From contig NC_068983.1 in the NCBI RefSeq assembly GCF_001194135.2, positions 35,988,429-36,052,428 on the forward strand: a stretch of DNA of 64,000 bases, given 5' to 3'. The notes under the pieces were generated by a model that ran no database searches, was not told the DNA's origin, and worked only from the letters and a program-made list of their open reading frames with translations. Origin of the DNA: Octopus bimaculoides. Its lineage: Eukaryota. Below are positions 37,900 through 49,687 of this stretch, piece after piece. The first letter of the stretch is position 1. Each line of letters opens with the position of its first letter. The position numbers were made by a program, and so were the translations under genes.

Positions 37900-38017
37900 A
37901 TACCAGTCACTTGGACATAATGCAACAAGGGATAATACCAATACTTTCTTCCTCATGTTAGACTTGATGACCTTCTTTGACCAATATCACAGTGGCAACC
38001 TCTCTGGTGCCTTGGAG
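37900..38017 (+). CDS. NUP93: Nup93 coding exon 19
   Basis: YQSLGHNATRDNTNTFFLMLDLMTFFDQYHSGNLSGALE; ttacag / gtttgt. Confidence 0.96.
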
Positions 38018-39254
38018 GTTTGTCTTTGTCTTAATCTCTCTTCTATGAACTGAAGTGAAGTATCTTTCCATCTCTAAGCCTGAACAATCAACAAACTTAA
38101 TCCTTTTGTTATCATACTTCTATTGAAATATGCTGCCTTTGATTCAATTAATTTTAAAAATAATGAAGAATTTATCACAAAGATCAGTGCAGACATGTCT
38201 ATGCTGCAAGAAGTTTGCTTCCCAACCACATGATTGTGGGTTCAGTCCCATTGCATGGCACCTTTGGCAAATTCTTCTGCCATTGCTCTAGGCTAGCCAG
38301 AGTCTTGTGAGGGGGTTTAGTAAATAGAAACTTAAAGAAGTCTATCATGTGTGTGTGTATATGAATATATATAAGTAAATAAATGTATATATGTGAATGT
38401 GTGTGTTTGTGTCTTTTTGTCCTGTCATCACATGATGGTTGTAAAATGATTTGTCACTATCATCCTTTCAAGTGTTGGGACTCATGGAGCCGAGGTGGCT
38501 GAGTTCCTTTTGAGCATTGGGCCTCATGGAGGCAAAGTGGCAGAGCTCCTTTTGAGTGTTGGGCCTCACTGAGACAATGACCAAGAGCTTTGTCATTGTG
38601 TCTTGCTTGAAAAGAAGACCCATCAAGCTGAGTAAGATTGCAGTCGTGGCAGATACTGGTGTCACACAAATTCGTACATGTGCTGGTGGCATGTAAAGCC
38701 ACCCTGGTGTCACGCAAGTGGCACCCATACCTGTGGCACATTACAAGCACCCATTACATTCTTGGAGTGGTTGGTGTTAGGAAGGGCATCCAGCCATTGA
38801 AAACTATGCCAAATCAGACTGGATCCTGGCGCAGCCTTCCAGCTTGCTAGCCCAGTCAAACTTTTCAGCCCATGCCAGCATGGACAACAGACGTTAAATA
38901 ATGATGATGATACAAGCAGTATTATTCATTTCCAATGTCCTGCATCAGGAAATATTACCTTGCTTGGAGACAAGTCAGAGTTGGTAACAGGAAAGAGATC
39001 TGGCTATAGAAGATCTGCCTCTAAGCAAGCATGGAAAAAGTGGACGTTAAAATGACGATTTTATCATAGTTTAAGCTGGTGTTTAGAACCAAATTATCGA
39101 AGAAATTTTAATGGAAGGTTGCAATTTTGGATAATTTCAAAAAATCTGTCTCGACTTTTTATAACTCTGTTAGAAGAACATTGGTGAATTAGTACCTGTA
39201 ATATACTAGAGGTAGTTATTTGTTACCTAATCAAATTAATCTTTATCCTTCCAG

Positions 39255-39338
39255 GTGATTGGAAAATTGAAAGTTGTTCCGTTAGAAGTTGATTGTGTAA
39301 AAGACAGCATCACCAATTTCAATTATTTCTCAGATGAG
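39255..39338 (+). CDS. NUP93: Nup93 coding exon 20
   Basis: VIGKLKVVPLEVDCVKDSITNFNYFSDE; ttccag / gtaaaa. Confidence 0.95.
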
Positions 39339-39469
39339 GTAAAATACTTTTGTGAATCATTAAAAAGCAATCTGACATACGTTCACCATAGTTTTATTGT
39401 TATTTCAATATCATTCTTTCTTTTTCATACAATATGTCATCTTTCTAACTACCTATTTATTTATTCTAG

Positions 39470-39540
39470 ATTCGCAAATGTTTACCAGATATCCTATTAG
39501 CTACAATGCAAATCCTTAATGCCATTTACCGACAAACAAG
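39470..39540 (+). CDS. NUP93: Nup93 coding exon 21
   Basis: IRKCLPDILLATMQILNAIYRQT(R); ttctag / gtaagt. Confidence 0.95.
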
Positions 39541-40279
39541 GTAAGTTTGCATTTTTAATAACTGGCCTTGTATTTGTATTTTGTGTTTTCTTTAGGAACA
39601 GGCATAGCTGTGCGGTAAGAAGCTTGCTTCCCAACCACGTGGTTCCGAGTTCAGTTCCACTGTTTGACACTTTGAGTAAGTGTCTTCTACAGTAGCCCTG
39701 GGCCAACCAAAGCCTTGTAAGTGGATTTGGGAGGTAGAAATTGTAAAAAACCTGTCACGCATGTGTCTTCTTTTCCTGACATTGCATAATAATTATAAAA
39801 TGAATGTCACTGTCATACAAACAATGTCATTCCTTTCCAATCCTCTGCAAAAACATGTCTGGCCATGAGGAAATGTTACCTTGCTTGGAAATAGACAAGG
39901 CATCAGGTATAGAAAATATGCCTCAATAAACTCCATACAAGCAGGGGATTCTTCATGGAGACTGAAATGAATTTGAAGGGAGGAAGGTTGTGAGATTGGG
40001 AAGAGAATTTCTTTATTACTGGTTTTAATGTAAAACCATCTTGTCACAAACGTTTATAACATTATATCCAATTTTTATAAAAACATAACATTCAAAACCT
40101 TTCGCAATAAATCACAAAGAGTGATGAAGATTTCTGAATAAAAACAAAAATATCTGTATGAATTTTATTTTCTGCAAGATGCTTCATCAGAGTTATGCAT
40201 TGAAACAAATTTTGTGTCTAGGGAAAGTCATTATATCAATATTGATAGACCCTGGAAGACTTGGGATGAGGTAGTGAAG

Positions 40280-40855
40280 CACGTCCTTCAAATGTTGGGT
40301 CTCACAGAGGCAATGACAAGCGACCGAGACCTTTGGAGACATGCTATGCTTGAGAAGACCTGGCAAGCCAAGTGAGACCGTAGCTGTGGCCTATGCCAGT
40401 CCCACCGGACTGACTCCTGTGCCGGTGGCTCGTAAAAAGCAGCATACAAGTGTGGTTGATGCCAGTGTTGCCTGACTGGTCCCATGCCGGTAGCACGTAA
40501 AAAGGACCATTCAAGTGTGGTTGTTGTCAGTGTCACTGGTCTGGCTCGGGTGCAAGTGGTACGTAAAAAGTACCATATGAGCGTGGTCATTGTCACTGCT
40601 GTCTGACTGGCTCCCATGCCAGTGGCACATAAAAAGTACAATTCGAGCGTAGTTGATGCCAGTGCCGCTTGACTGGCCCCTGTGCCAGTGGCACATAAAA
40701 AGCACCCACTATACTCTTGGAGTGGCATCCAGCTGTAGAAACCTTGCCAGATAAGATTGGAGCCTGGTGCAGCCTCCTGGCTTGCCAGTCCTCAGTCAAA
40801 CTGTTCAACCCATGCCAGCATGGAAACCGGATGTTAAATGACGATGATGTGATGA
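40280..40855 (+). mobile_element. SINE family A with four 65-66-bp 5' units
   Basis: Anchors at 40419, 40484, 40550, 40616, 40682. Confidence 0.88.
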
Positions 40856-42297
40856 TGGTTCAATTCCACTCCTTCATTATTAGTTAATTGGTTAAATACC
40901 TATCCATTTAACCCATTAACATATAAAGGAGTGAAATTGAAACACTGTGTGTGCTATTAATATTAGCATAATGACTCTCCCTTGACACAACAAAATTTGC
41001 TTACATGCATGAATTCACATAAAGAATTGTGAAAACCAAATGCAAAAAGGAAGTAAATCTGTCTGATGTTCACCGATTTGTGTATTATTACATAATGATT
41101 TCACCCTTTAGCATTTAAACTAATTTTATCAAGCCCCAAAATTCTATTGTTTCATGTTAAACCGGTCGAACTTGGCCTCTTACACTACAATGTCATTCTA
41201 AAAATACACAATCACATCATCAAAATCTGAAAGCTACAAGATAATGCATAATTAATTCATAATATTTGTGGAAGATTGATAATAAGCTTGTTGACTTATA
41301 GAGTAAAACAAAACATAAAAGATGACATTAATTGTCAAGATTATTATTGCAGTATCAAATATGTGGATTAAGAGGGTTTTTTCCTGTTTTACTGCATTCC
41401 TAATTCCTTATTTGTAATTCAACCTGGATTTGAGTTTGAAAACCACATGGCTCTGGGTTCAGTCCAACTGTGTGGCACTTTGGGCAAGTGTCTTCTATAG
41501 CCTCGGGCTGACCAAAGACTTGTGAGTGGATCTCGTAGATGGAAACTGAAAGAAGCGCGTCATATATATATATATATATATATGTAAGTATGTGTGTGTG
41601 TGTATGTTTGTCTCCGCAACATCGTTTGATAACCTATGTTGGTGTGTTTATGTCCCTGTAACTTAGCAGTTCGGCAAAAGAGACTGATAGAATAAGTACA
41701 AAGCTTACAAAAAATAAGTCCTGGGGTCAATTTGCTCGACTAAAGCCAGTATGGCTGCAGTCAAACGACTGAAACAAATAAAAGAATAGTTTCATCATCA
41801 TCATTGTTTAACATCCGTTTTCCATGCTGGCATGGGTTGGACGGTTTGAGTGGGGACTAGCAAACCAGGAGGCTGCACCAGGCTCCAATCTGATCTGGCA
41901 TTGTTTTTACAGCTGGACGACCCTTCCTAATGCTAACCACTCCAAGAGCGTTGTGAGTACTTTTTACGTGCCACCAGCACAGGATCTAGCCAGGCGGCAC
42001 TGGTATCGGTCACATTTGGATGGTGCTTTTTACGTGCTCCTGGCACAGGAGCCAGTTGGGGTGGGGTGGCTGGCATCAACAAGTTTTGGATGGTGCTTTT
42101 TACGTGCTCCTGGCACAGGAGCCAGTTGGGGTGGGGTGGCTGGATGGTGCTTTTTACATGCCACTGGCATGGGATATTTTGTTTCTGCTTCTTTAGTTAG
42201 GCTTAGTGTTGATGTTGATTTATGAAATCTGTCCTAATTTTGTGATTGACTTCAGTTTTCCATTTTCTTGATAATTTTTTTTTCTATATTTCTATAG

Positions 42298-42355
42298 AAA
42301 GTCTTTTCCTCAAAGTCCAGGACCAATCAAAGCTATGGGAAGTGGTCAGGAAGCT
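42298..42355 (+). CDS. NUP93: Nup93 coding exon 22 (poorly conserved linker)
   Basis: KSFPQSPGPIKAMGSGQEA; ctatag / gtaagt; phase 2-0 is exactly what joins exons 21 and 23, but sequence similarity alone is weak. Confidence 0.85.
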
Positions 42356-42724
42356 GTAAGTATCTGTTAAGTTACCTGTATATGAAGAGTGTTTTTCTGG
42401 GTAACATTTTTCTTTAGCTAGCTGTTTTATTAAATGGTGTATTGCTGTGGCCAGAGATAATAGGCCAACCTGCTGTTTGATATGGGATAAGAGCAGAACA
42501 GGATTCCCTTCTATGTGACTAGTCATACTTGCAACTAAAGATGGAAAAAAAAAAATGAATTTGTTAGTATTTGACAAACAAAGCCTTAAATAGTTGCTAA
42601 AGTATTAAGTTTGTCTCATTAACTTTACATTTTCTTTTTCACACGAATGTAACACTAGGGTCTTATCTATGATGGAAATGATTCTATTTCTTGTACTCTG
42701 AAAAATCTGTTTAATTATTTCTAT

Positions 42725-43070
42725 AATCATCATCATCGTTTAACGTCCGCTTTCCATGCTAGCATGGGTTGGACGATTTGACTGAGGACTGGCGAACCAG
42801 ATGACTACACCAGGTTCCAATCTGATCTGGCAGAGTTTCTACAGCTGGATGCCCTTCCTAACGACAACCACTCCGAGAGTGTAGTGGGTGCCTTTACGTG
42901 CCACCGGCACGAAGGCCAGTCAGGAGGTACTGGCAGCGGCCATGCTTGAAATGGTGTATTTTACGTGCCACCTGTACAGGAGCCAGTTCAGCGGTACTGG
43001 CAACGAACTCGCTCGAATGTCTTTTCACGTACCACTGGTACAAGTGCCAGGAAGGCAACGTTGGTAATGG
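42725..43070 (-). mobile_element. SINE family A
   Basis: Reverse-complement body. Confidence 0.88.
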
Positions 43071-43143
43071 TCCTAAGGTTATGTATATAAAAAAACAAAA
43101 CATTTAGCATGAAATGTTTCTATTTTGTTCTTCACTCATTTAT

Positions 43144-43341
43144 TACTGTTCTTATTGTAACTCCTGTCCATTGTCTGGAAATCTTTCATCACACATCTGT
43201 GACTTCTTCAACGACACCCTTCGTCTTTGTGTCTGTGCTTCTGCTCCACTTAGTGGAGCAAAAGCACACACGAAGACGAAAAGTGTCGTTGAGTGACAAA
43301 AGATTTCTGGACAATGGACACGAGTTAGAATAAGAACAGTA
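43144..43341. mobile_element. Palindromic MITE-like element (~200 bp hairpin)
   Basis: tactgttcttattgtaactc...tgctccac-tta-gtggagca...gagttagaataagaacagta; left arm has a short insertion. Confidence 0.8.
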
Positions 43342-44778
43342 AAAAACAAGTTACTGTTTTATTTTTCCTTTAAAGATCCAATGAAAAGCTTTTGGGTTTT
43401 GAGAAACTAGTTTGTTTGTTTAGTTTTAGTTATTATTAATATTTTATGTAAGCAGGCTCATTTCTTTCCAAATCCAACTTTGCTTTTATTTTAAACTGGG
43501 TATCAATACCTTCATCTATCTTGTCCATGTGACAACAATGGATATTGTGTAAAATGAAGTTTGGGTTCAATCCCTCTCTTAAGCACGGAAGATATAGTTC
43601 TTGGCAATGAATAATTCAAACTGAAAGATAGTGTTTTATAAAACAGAAAATATGAAAGTAATAATATGTAATATATTTTGGTCTTATTTTAAATTGAAAG
43701 GAGTGGACAAAGTGCTCCCAAAAGCCAGAGGTGAAGTTTTCCAGTGCTGGTGTCACTGTAAACACAAATAGTCTGTTTTGTTTCTTTTATAGAAGTTGAA
43801 TCCAAGATAAGGTGGAAAACTTCTTTATTGTTGCTTTCACAGTAAACAACAAGACCACTCTTTCACAGAAAGACTATCTAGTTATAGAAATATCCACCCA
43901 AAACCACATTCAATACATCACAGAAGTGAGATATATGAAAAGATGCGACCTCGGGAGACTGTAAATCTAGAAACGTCAGTACATAGGGTTCCCCAGTTAA
44001 CATTACATAAAGTTTTGGCTAAGGCCTTCATTCAGAATAGGCCATGTATCTGCAGGTTTAGGCAGGGTTTTTTTTGTTGTTGAAGACTGGCAGTTACCCA
44101 TGCATGCAAATCTTCCTTCATTGTGTTACTAATGTGCTGCAAGGAAAAGGCCACTGCTTTTAAGGCCAAAACAACATGACACCAGTGTTATTGCCAACAT
44201 TGTTTGAGCACAAAGGGTGTGAGAGGCTGGATCTGGGTATTTTAAATACTAATGGTTTATTGATATCATTTAACATCTGTTTTCCATGCTGGCATATGTT
44301 GGATGGCTTAACAGGCATTGGTATGGCCAGGTCCTACATCAGGTTCTATTGTCTGTTTTGCTATGGTTTCTACAGCTCTATGCTTTTCCTAATGCCATCC
44401 ACTTTACAAAGTGTACTAGGTGCTTTTTACATGGCACCAGCACTGACAGAGTAATTTTGTTTTAGGTCTGTGATGGTAATGTTTATACAAACAAGAGCAA
44501 CTTTCTTATCAGATACTGCAAGGCATCTCATCCAATGCTCCAGTGGTTCCATCAATCCTATGCAAATTGACAGTCATTAAAGTTGGATAGAATGCCAGGT
44601 AGTGTTCCAACTTTGTGCTCTAAGTTCAAATCATACCAAGGCCAACTTTGCTTTGCATTGTTCTGGGGTTATTTAACAAAGGAGTTTAGGCATGCAATTA
44701 ACTTTCAATAACTTTAGAAAAATTTGCCTGAAAGATATTTTAATATGCTAAAGTCTTTTTTTTTTTTTATCCTTCCAG

Positions 44779-44898
44779 AGTTTAAATCAATTGAGAAGTA
44801 AAGCAAAAGCTCTGATTATGTTTGTTGGAATGTTACCATATCGACTGCCCGGAGATACAAATGCTCGCTTGGTTCAGTTAGAAGTGCAGATGAACTAA
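44779..44898 (+). CDS. NUP93: Nup93 coding exon 23 (stop)
   Basis: [39 protein letters not shown] matches the conserved C-terminus ([15 protein letters not shown]); summed CDS 2466 nt = 821 aa + stop. Confidence 0.97.
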   Translation, partial: SLNQLRSKAKALIMFVGMLPYRLPGDTNARLVQLEVQMN

Positions 44899-45030
44899 AG
44901 TGAAACGTCCAAATTTGTTGATCTTGGAGGAATGTAATCTGGAAGAGACTTCTAAATTCTTTCCAAACATTTGTATTTGTAAAGAGGAGGGAAACTGTAT
45001 GAAAAAAATTTTTACGTATTAAAACAACCA

Positions 45031-45045
45031 ATTAAAAGTAATAAA
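45031..45045 (+). terminator. Candidate NUP93 polyadenylation signals ATTAAA (45031) and AATAAA (45040)
   Basis: First canonical hexamers ~135 nt after the stop codon; usage not verifiable. Confidence 0.5.
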
Positions 45046-45111
45046 TCATATATATAATACAATATATATATATATATGTCTTTGTAAGTTGGAATTTTTT
45101 TTTTCTATTAA

Positions 45112-45287
45112 CCCTTTAGCATTCAGATTATTCTGTCAAATGTCATGTTTATTTATTCACATTGCTTTGAATTAATCCTGTATTATCTCATAGCTTTGAG
45201 ATATCAATGATGTGATTGTTTATTTTTAGAATGACATTGTAGGGTAAGTGTGAGAGGCTGAATCTGGCCAGTTTAAATGCTACAGGG
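45112..45287. mobile_element. piggyBac-like MITE (TTAA TSD) between the NUP93 and ARL2BP 3' ends
   Basis: ttaa|CCCTTTAGCATT ... AATGCTACAGGG|ttaa; related pieces near 2760-3005, 18900-19080, 41100-41260, 46055-46090. Confidence 0.8.
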
Positions 45288-45879
45288 TTAACGGTTTATT
45301 AATATCATCATTTAATGCCTGTTTTCCATTGCTCTAGTTGCTCAAAACAACAGCAACATTCATATTGGTATAAATCTTCCTATTTTAACTAGCATATATA
45401 AAAGAAAGCAAGAGAAAATTTATTTGAAAGTTACACAGATATATCAAATTGAATCTTCATGCAGCCATTAATTCAATGATTTCTATTATATTTCATTTAT
45501 GGCTTGAACATTATGAAGTTAAACCCCCCACTCAGTCCTTTTTTGAAAATTTAAGTTTAGGAAGGTAAAATATTTTTGTAAATATTTTATTAGGCACTTT
45601 TTTTTCATAAATTTGACTTCCATGCAATAAATGTAGGATATCGTATCGTTGTGTATGGCCCCCACCCCTTTTTTGAAAAAAATGAATATAAATGTTAAAT
45701 CGTTTGGCAGCAATTGTTCTTTCTTGAATCATTCCATCTATATATAATCTCGGCAGCTACAAGTGACTCAACTTTGGGACTGTTTTCTTAGAAGATTAGT
45801 TCCACAAGAAATACTCCAGTACTTGGCACAAGTTTAACCTCACCCTTAAAATGAATGATGGTTTTTAAGACAGTTTTAG

Positions 45880-45957
45880 TTAAGAGGTTGGGCCTTCTTT
45901 TGAAAATGATGTAACCATTATACCGCCACTTAAATCCACAGTTCGTCCCTCTTTTGC
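45880..45957 (-). CDS. ARL2BP: ARL2BP coding exon 6 (stop)
   Basis: AKEGRTVDLSGGIMVTSFSKEGPTS* (cf. EKEGRGLDLSSGLVVTSL); ctccag acceptor; summed CDS 471 nt = 156 aa + stop. Confidence 0.95.
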   Translation of the reverse strand, partial: AKEGRTVDLSGGIMVTSFSKEGPTS

Positions 45958-46089
45958 CTGGAGAAAAAGATGAGATTAAGACATGACTTTAGAAAAACAT
46001 CATTTCAAAAAAAAAAAAAATCCTTTTCATTATGCTAACATAGTTGTGATGGTTTTAACCCTTTAGCATTCAGATTATTCTATCAAATG

Positions 46090-46475
46090 TAATGCTTATT
46101 ACTCTTTTACTTGTTTCAGTCATTTGACTGTGGCCATGCTGGAGCACCACCTTTAGTTGAGCAAATCGACCCCAGGACTTATTCTTTGTAAGCCTAGTAT
46201 TTATTCTATTGGTCTCTTTTGCCAAACCACTAAGTGACGGGGACATAAACACACCAGCATCGGTTGTCAAGCAATGCTAGGGGCACAAACACAGACACAC
46301 AAACATACATATATATATACGACGGGCTTCTTTCAGTTTCCGTCTACCAAATCCACTCACAAGGCCTTGGTCAGCCCGAGGCTATAGTAGAAGACACTTG
46401 CCCATGGTGCCACGCAGTGGGACTGAACCCGGAACCATGTTGTTGGTAAGCAAGCTACTTACCACACCGCCACTC
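46090..46475 (-). mobile_element. tRNA-derived SINE family B, full-length
   Basis: Head ggagtggcggtgtggtaagtagcttgcttaccaacaacatggttccgggttcagtccc (A/B-box-like) on - strand. Confidence 0.88.
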
Positions 46476-47905
46476 CTTCACATTGTTTTGAATCAATCTC
46501 ATAAGTTCAAGAAACCAGATCTGGCCAGTCTGAACATGAAACAACTATAATATTTGAGCCGGAGACAAAGAGTTTCAATGTTAAAGTTCACAATTTGTGT
46601 ATTTGTACTTACCTTTGCACACTTCAACTGACCAACACATGTGGGCATGCTTACAAAGTCAGAAAACAGCACAGCTCCCATGACTTTCGGAAACATATTT
46701 TCACACTCAGAGTTGCTGGAGCATGGAACAAACTACCTACATAAGTTGTTAGTTGCCGAGACATTGCATCCTTTAAAACCTCCATGCTTCCTGAAATTCG
46801 CCAACACTACACCTGATATCCCCCACTCCATATGCATGCAAACATGTATATCATGACTCATGTACATAATTCTATGTACTGTATGTGCACCTTTGATGAG
46901 TTGTAGTGCACCTGAGCACTCTACACAATGATTTCATTGTTATTATTATTAACCCATGTATTTTTTAAAATCAAACTAATGAGATCCAAACTTTCACACT
47001 TTCCCTACAATCTCATTTGAAAAGTAAACAATCACATCATTAAAATCAAAAGGCTACGTGATCATGCATGATTAATTCAAAACAATAAATACAAAAAAAA
47101 AAAGAAAAGCATTACATTTGAGACAGTAATCTGAATGCTAATGAGTTAACGGACATAGTACTGCCAGTTCATAGCTTAGTCCAACAGTTAGTAAATAAGC
47201 ACCATGCTTAGACAAGTGGGAGCACTCTACATCCAGCTTTTATTAGCTTGCAATGCTGAGTCCTAGCATTCTTAAGGGTCCACAATACTTACTTAGGTCT
47301 GCCATGAGCCCTAGAACTCATGAGGACAGAGATCAACCCAGTTTCCAAGACTGGAAAGGGGACTGAAATAAACTCTTCCTTGAAGTAAAAGCCAGTCCAT
47401 CACAGGGTCAACTCCCCATCTATTGCAGGAACTCATTTTCAGATGAGTGGACTGCAACAACATGAGATGAAGTTTGTTGCTCAGGAATGCAATGCACTGC
47501 CCAGTTCAGGAATTGAAACCTCTATCTTACAATACTGAGAGCAACATCCTAACCACTAGACCATGATCCTCCACAGGGTTCATAAGAGAGAATCATTCTT
47601 AAAGACAAAGATGTCTAGGTAACATGTACCATGCTTTCACTAATTGTATTAGGTACTGATGTAGACACAGAGCACCTATAGGCACCCCCTGCTCTTCACC
47701 CAGTGGCACATCCAAGATGTGACAGCTGTAGGGAGAGAGAAAGAGTAGCACCAGCACACAGCTGAGTAAACTAGAACAGCATGAAATAAACAGAATGCAC
47801 ACAGCCAGGTCCAGGAACTGAATTCACAAGATGAGGAATCTAACCACTCAACCACACACTTTCACTGTCTTAAAATATTCAAGAAAATAATAGACTGACA
47901 CTCAC

Positions 47906-48002
47906 AGCTTTATAATCCAAAATCATTTCTTTGAATGTGAGAAAATCACTGAACGTAAGTAAGAGTTCAAATATTTCTCCTTCTAATTCATTCTTCCGAG
48001 CA
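47906..48002 (-). CDS. ARL2BP: ARL2BP coding exon 5
   Basis: ARKNELEGEIFELLLTFSDFLTFKEMILDYKA (cf. GDIFDMLLTFTDFLAFKEMFLDYRA); tttcag / gtgagt. Confidence 0.97.
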
Positions 48003-48769
48003 CTGAAAGAAGAGTAAAACCAATTCAGATGAAATGCTCCTCGAAATAATAGACAGGCTTAAGGATTAGCTAAAATAATAATAGATTTTGCTGTATCTTG
48101 GGAGGGTTATTATACCAATAAACACATGCACTGTTTCTGTTTCACTTCTTTGTTATTATTAGTCAGTTGGTTAAACATTTAGCTGACTGATTTATGACCA
48201 AATGATTAATCAAACAATTGTTTATTAGTTACATTGGTTAACCGATTGGCTAATGATAACAGTTTCCAATTTCAACAGAGGAACAACAATTTTTTAGGAC
48301 CGGCTTTGGCAGCATTTGAACTCAAAAATGTAAAGACAGACAAAATGTTGCTAAGCATTTTGTCTGGCATGCTAACAACGCTGGCATCTTGCTACCTTCA
48401 ATTGACTAATAATAATAAATGAAGTAAAATCGAACTAGTGTGTGTGAAGGCATAATGACCCTCCCAAGATACAAAAAACAAAAAATGTTTCAATACAGAA
48501 GTTCACATCAAGAATCTCGCAAACCAAATACAAAAATGAAATAAATAACATTTAAAAACCAAAAGGATCCACTAAATACTGATTACTCAGCAACTATCCC
48601 TTCTTTTTTGTATTTACATGTTGAAATCTCTGAGAGACTGGTATATCAGACATAGTTGAATGCTTTACAGATGATAACAAGTACAAAACACTGTTTTTAC
48701 CAAATTTCTCAAGAGAGAACAAGCTGGGGAGTGTATCCCTTGTAGTTCTGAGTTTATTAATGGCTGTTA

Positions 48770-49030
48770 CCAGGTGTGGCTGTGTGGTACGTAAAAAACA
48801 CCTTTTGAGTGTGGCCGTTGCCAGTACCGTGTGACTGGCCCTCATGCCGGTGGCACGTAAAAACACCCACTACACTCTCGGAGTGGTTGGCATTAGGAAG
48901 GGCATCCAGCTGTAGAAACTCTGCCAGATCAGATTGGAGTCTGGTGCAGCCTTTTAGCTCGCCAATCCTCAGTCAAATCATCCAACCCATGCCAGCATGG
49001 AAAGCGGACGTTAAATAACGATGCTGATGA
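48770..49030 (+). mobile_element. SINE family A
   Basis: Body and GAT tail. Confidence 0.88.
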
Positions 49031-49076
49031 TGATTCCAGGTTCAGTAGAAAGATACAGAAGAAAGCCTGTCATATA

Positions 49077-49109
<33 letters not shown>

Positions 49110-49174
49110 TTCAGCTATTTCTTCTTCCTACTTGTGGAGAGTTGCTCAAACTTTCTTAAGAAACAGCAGGTTAC

Positions 49175-49687
49175 ACCAGAGTAAGCACATGAATGTGAAA
49201 CAAGGTGGGAAAAATAGTACTCGAATATAAGTGGTAGAGTAATATGCTTTATTAATAAAGCTGTAAAGACATCACAAAAACTGTTACTCAGAGTTCCAGA
49301 CTCCTATTCGTTGGACAAAACTGTCCATCAAACAGGTGTGTCATTATCTGACGTGAAGCTCCGAGTAACAGTTTTTGTGATGTCTTTACAGCTTTATTAA
49401 GATAGCTGGCAGAAATGTTAGCACGCTGACCGAAATGCTTAGTGGTGTTCTGTCTGTCTTTACATTCTGAGTTCAAATTCCACCGAGGTTGACTTTGCCT
49501 TTCATCCTTTTGAGGTCGATAAATTAAGTACCAGTTGTGTACTAGGGTCGATCTAAGCAACTGGCCCCCTACCCAAAAATTTCAGGCCTTGTGCCTAGAG
49601 TACAAAAGAATAAAGCATATTACTCTACCTCTGGTATTCAAGTACTATTTTTTCCACCTTGTTTCACATTTATGTACTTACTCTGGT
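49175..49687. mobile_element. Fold-back element F3 (~305 bp) split by a SINE at 49401-49609
   Basis: Outer arms 49175-49252 / 49610-49687, inner arms ~49253-49290 / ~49363-49400; degenerate hammerhead scaffolds at the centre. Confidence 0.8.

Noticed and set aside
24899-39500. ORF-track entries 24899-25288, 26377-26625 and 39255-39500 as separate genes
   Set aside because: They are NUP93 exons 12, 13 and 20 read through into intron sequence
10624-44778. U12-type or non-canonical introns in NUP93 or ARL2BP
   Set aside because: All 27 inferred introns are GT-AG without the GTATCCT donor
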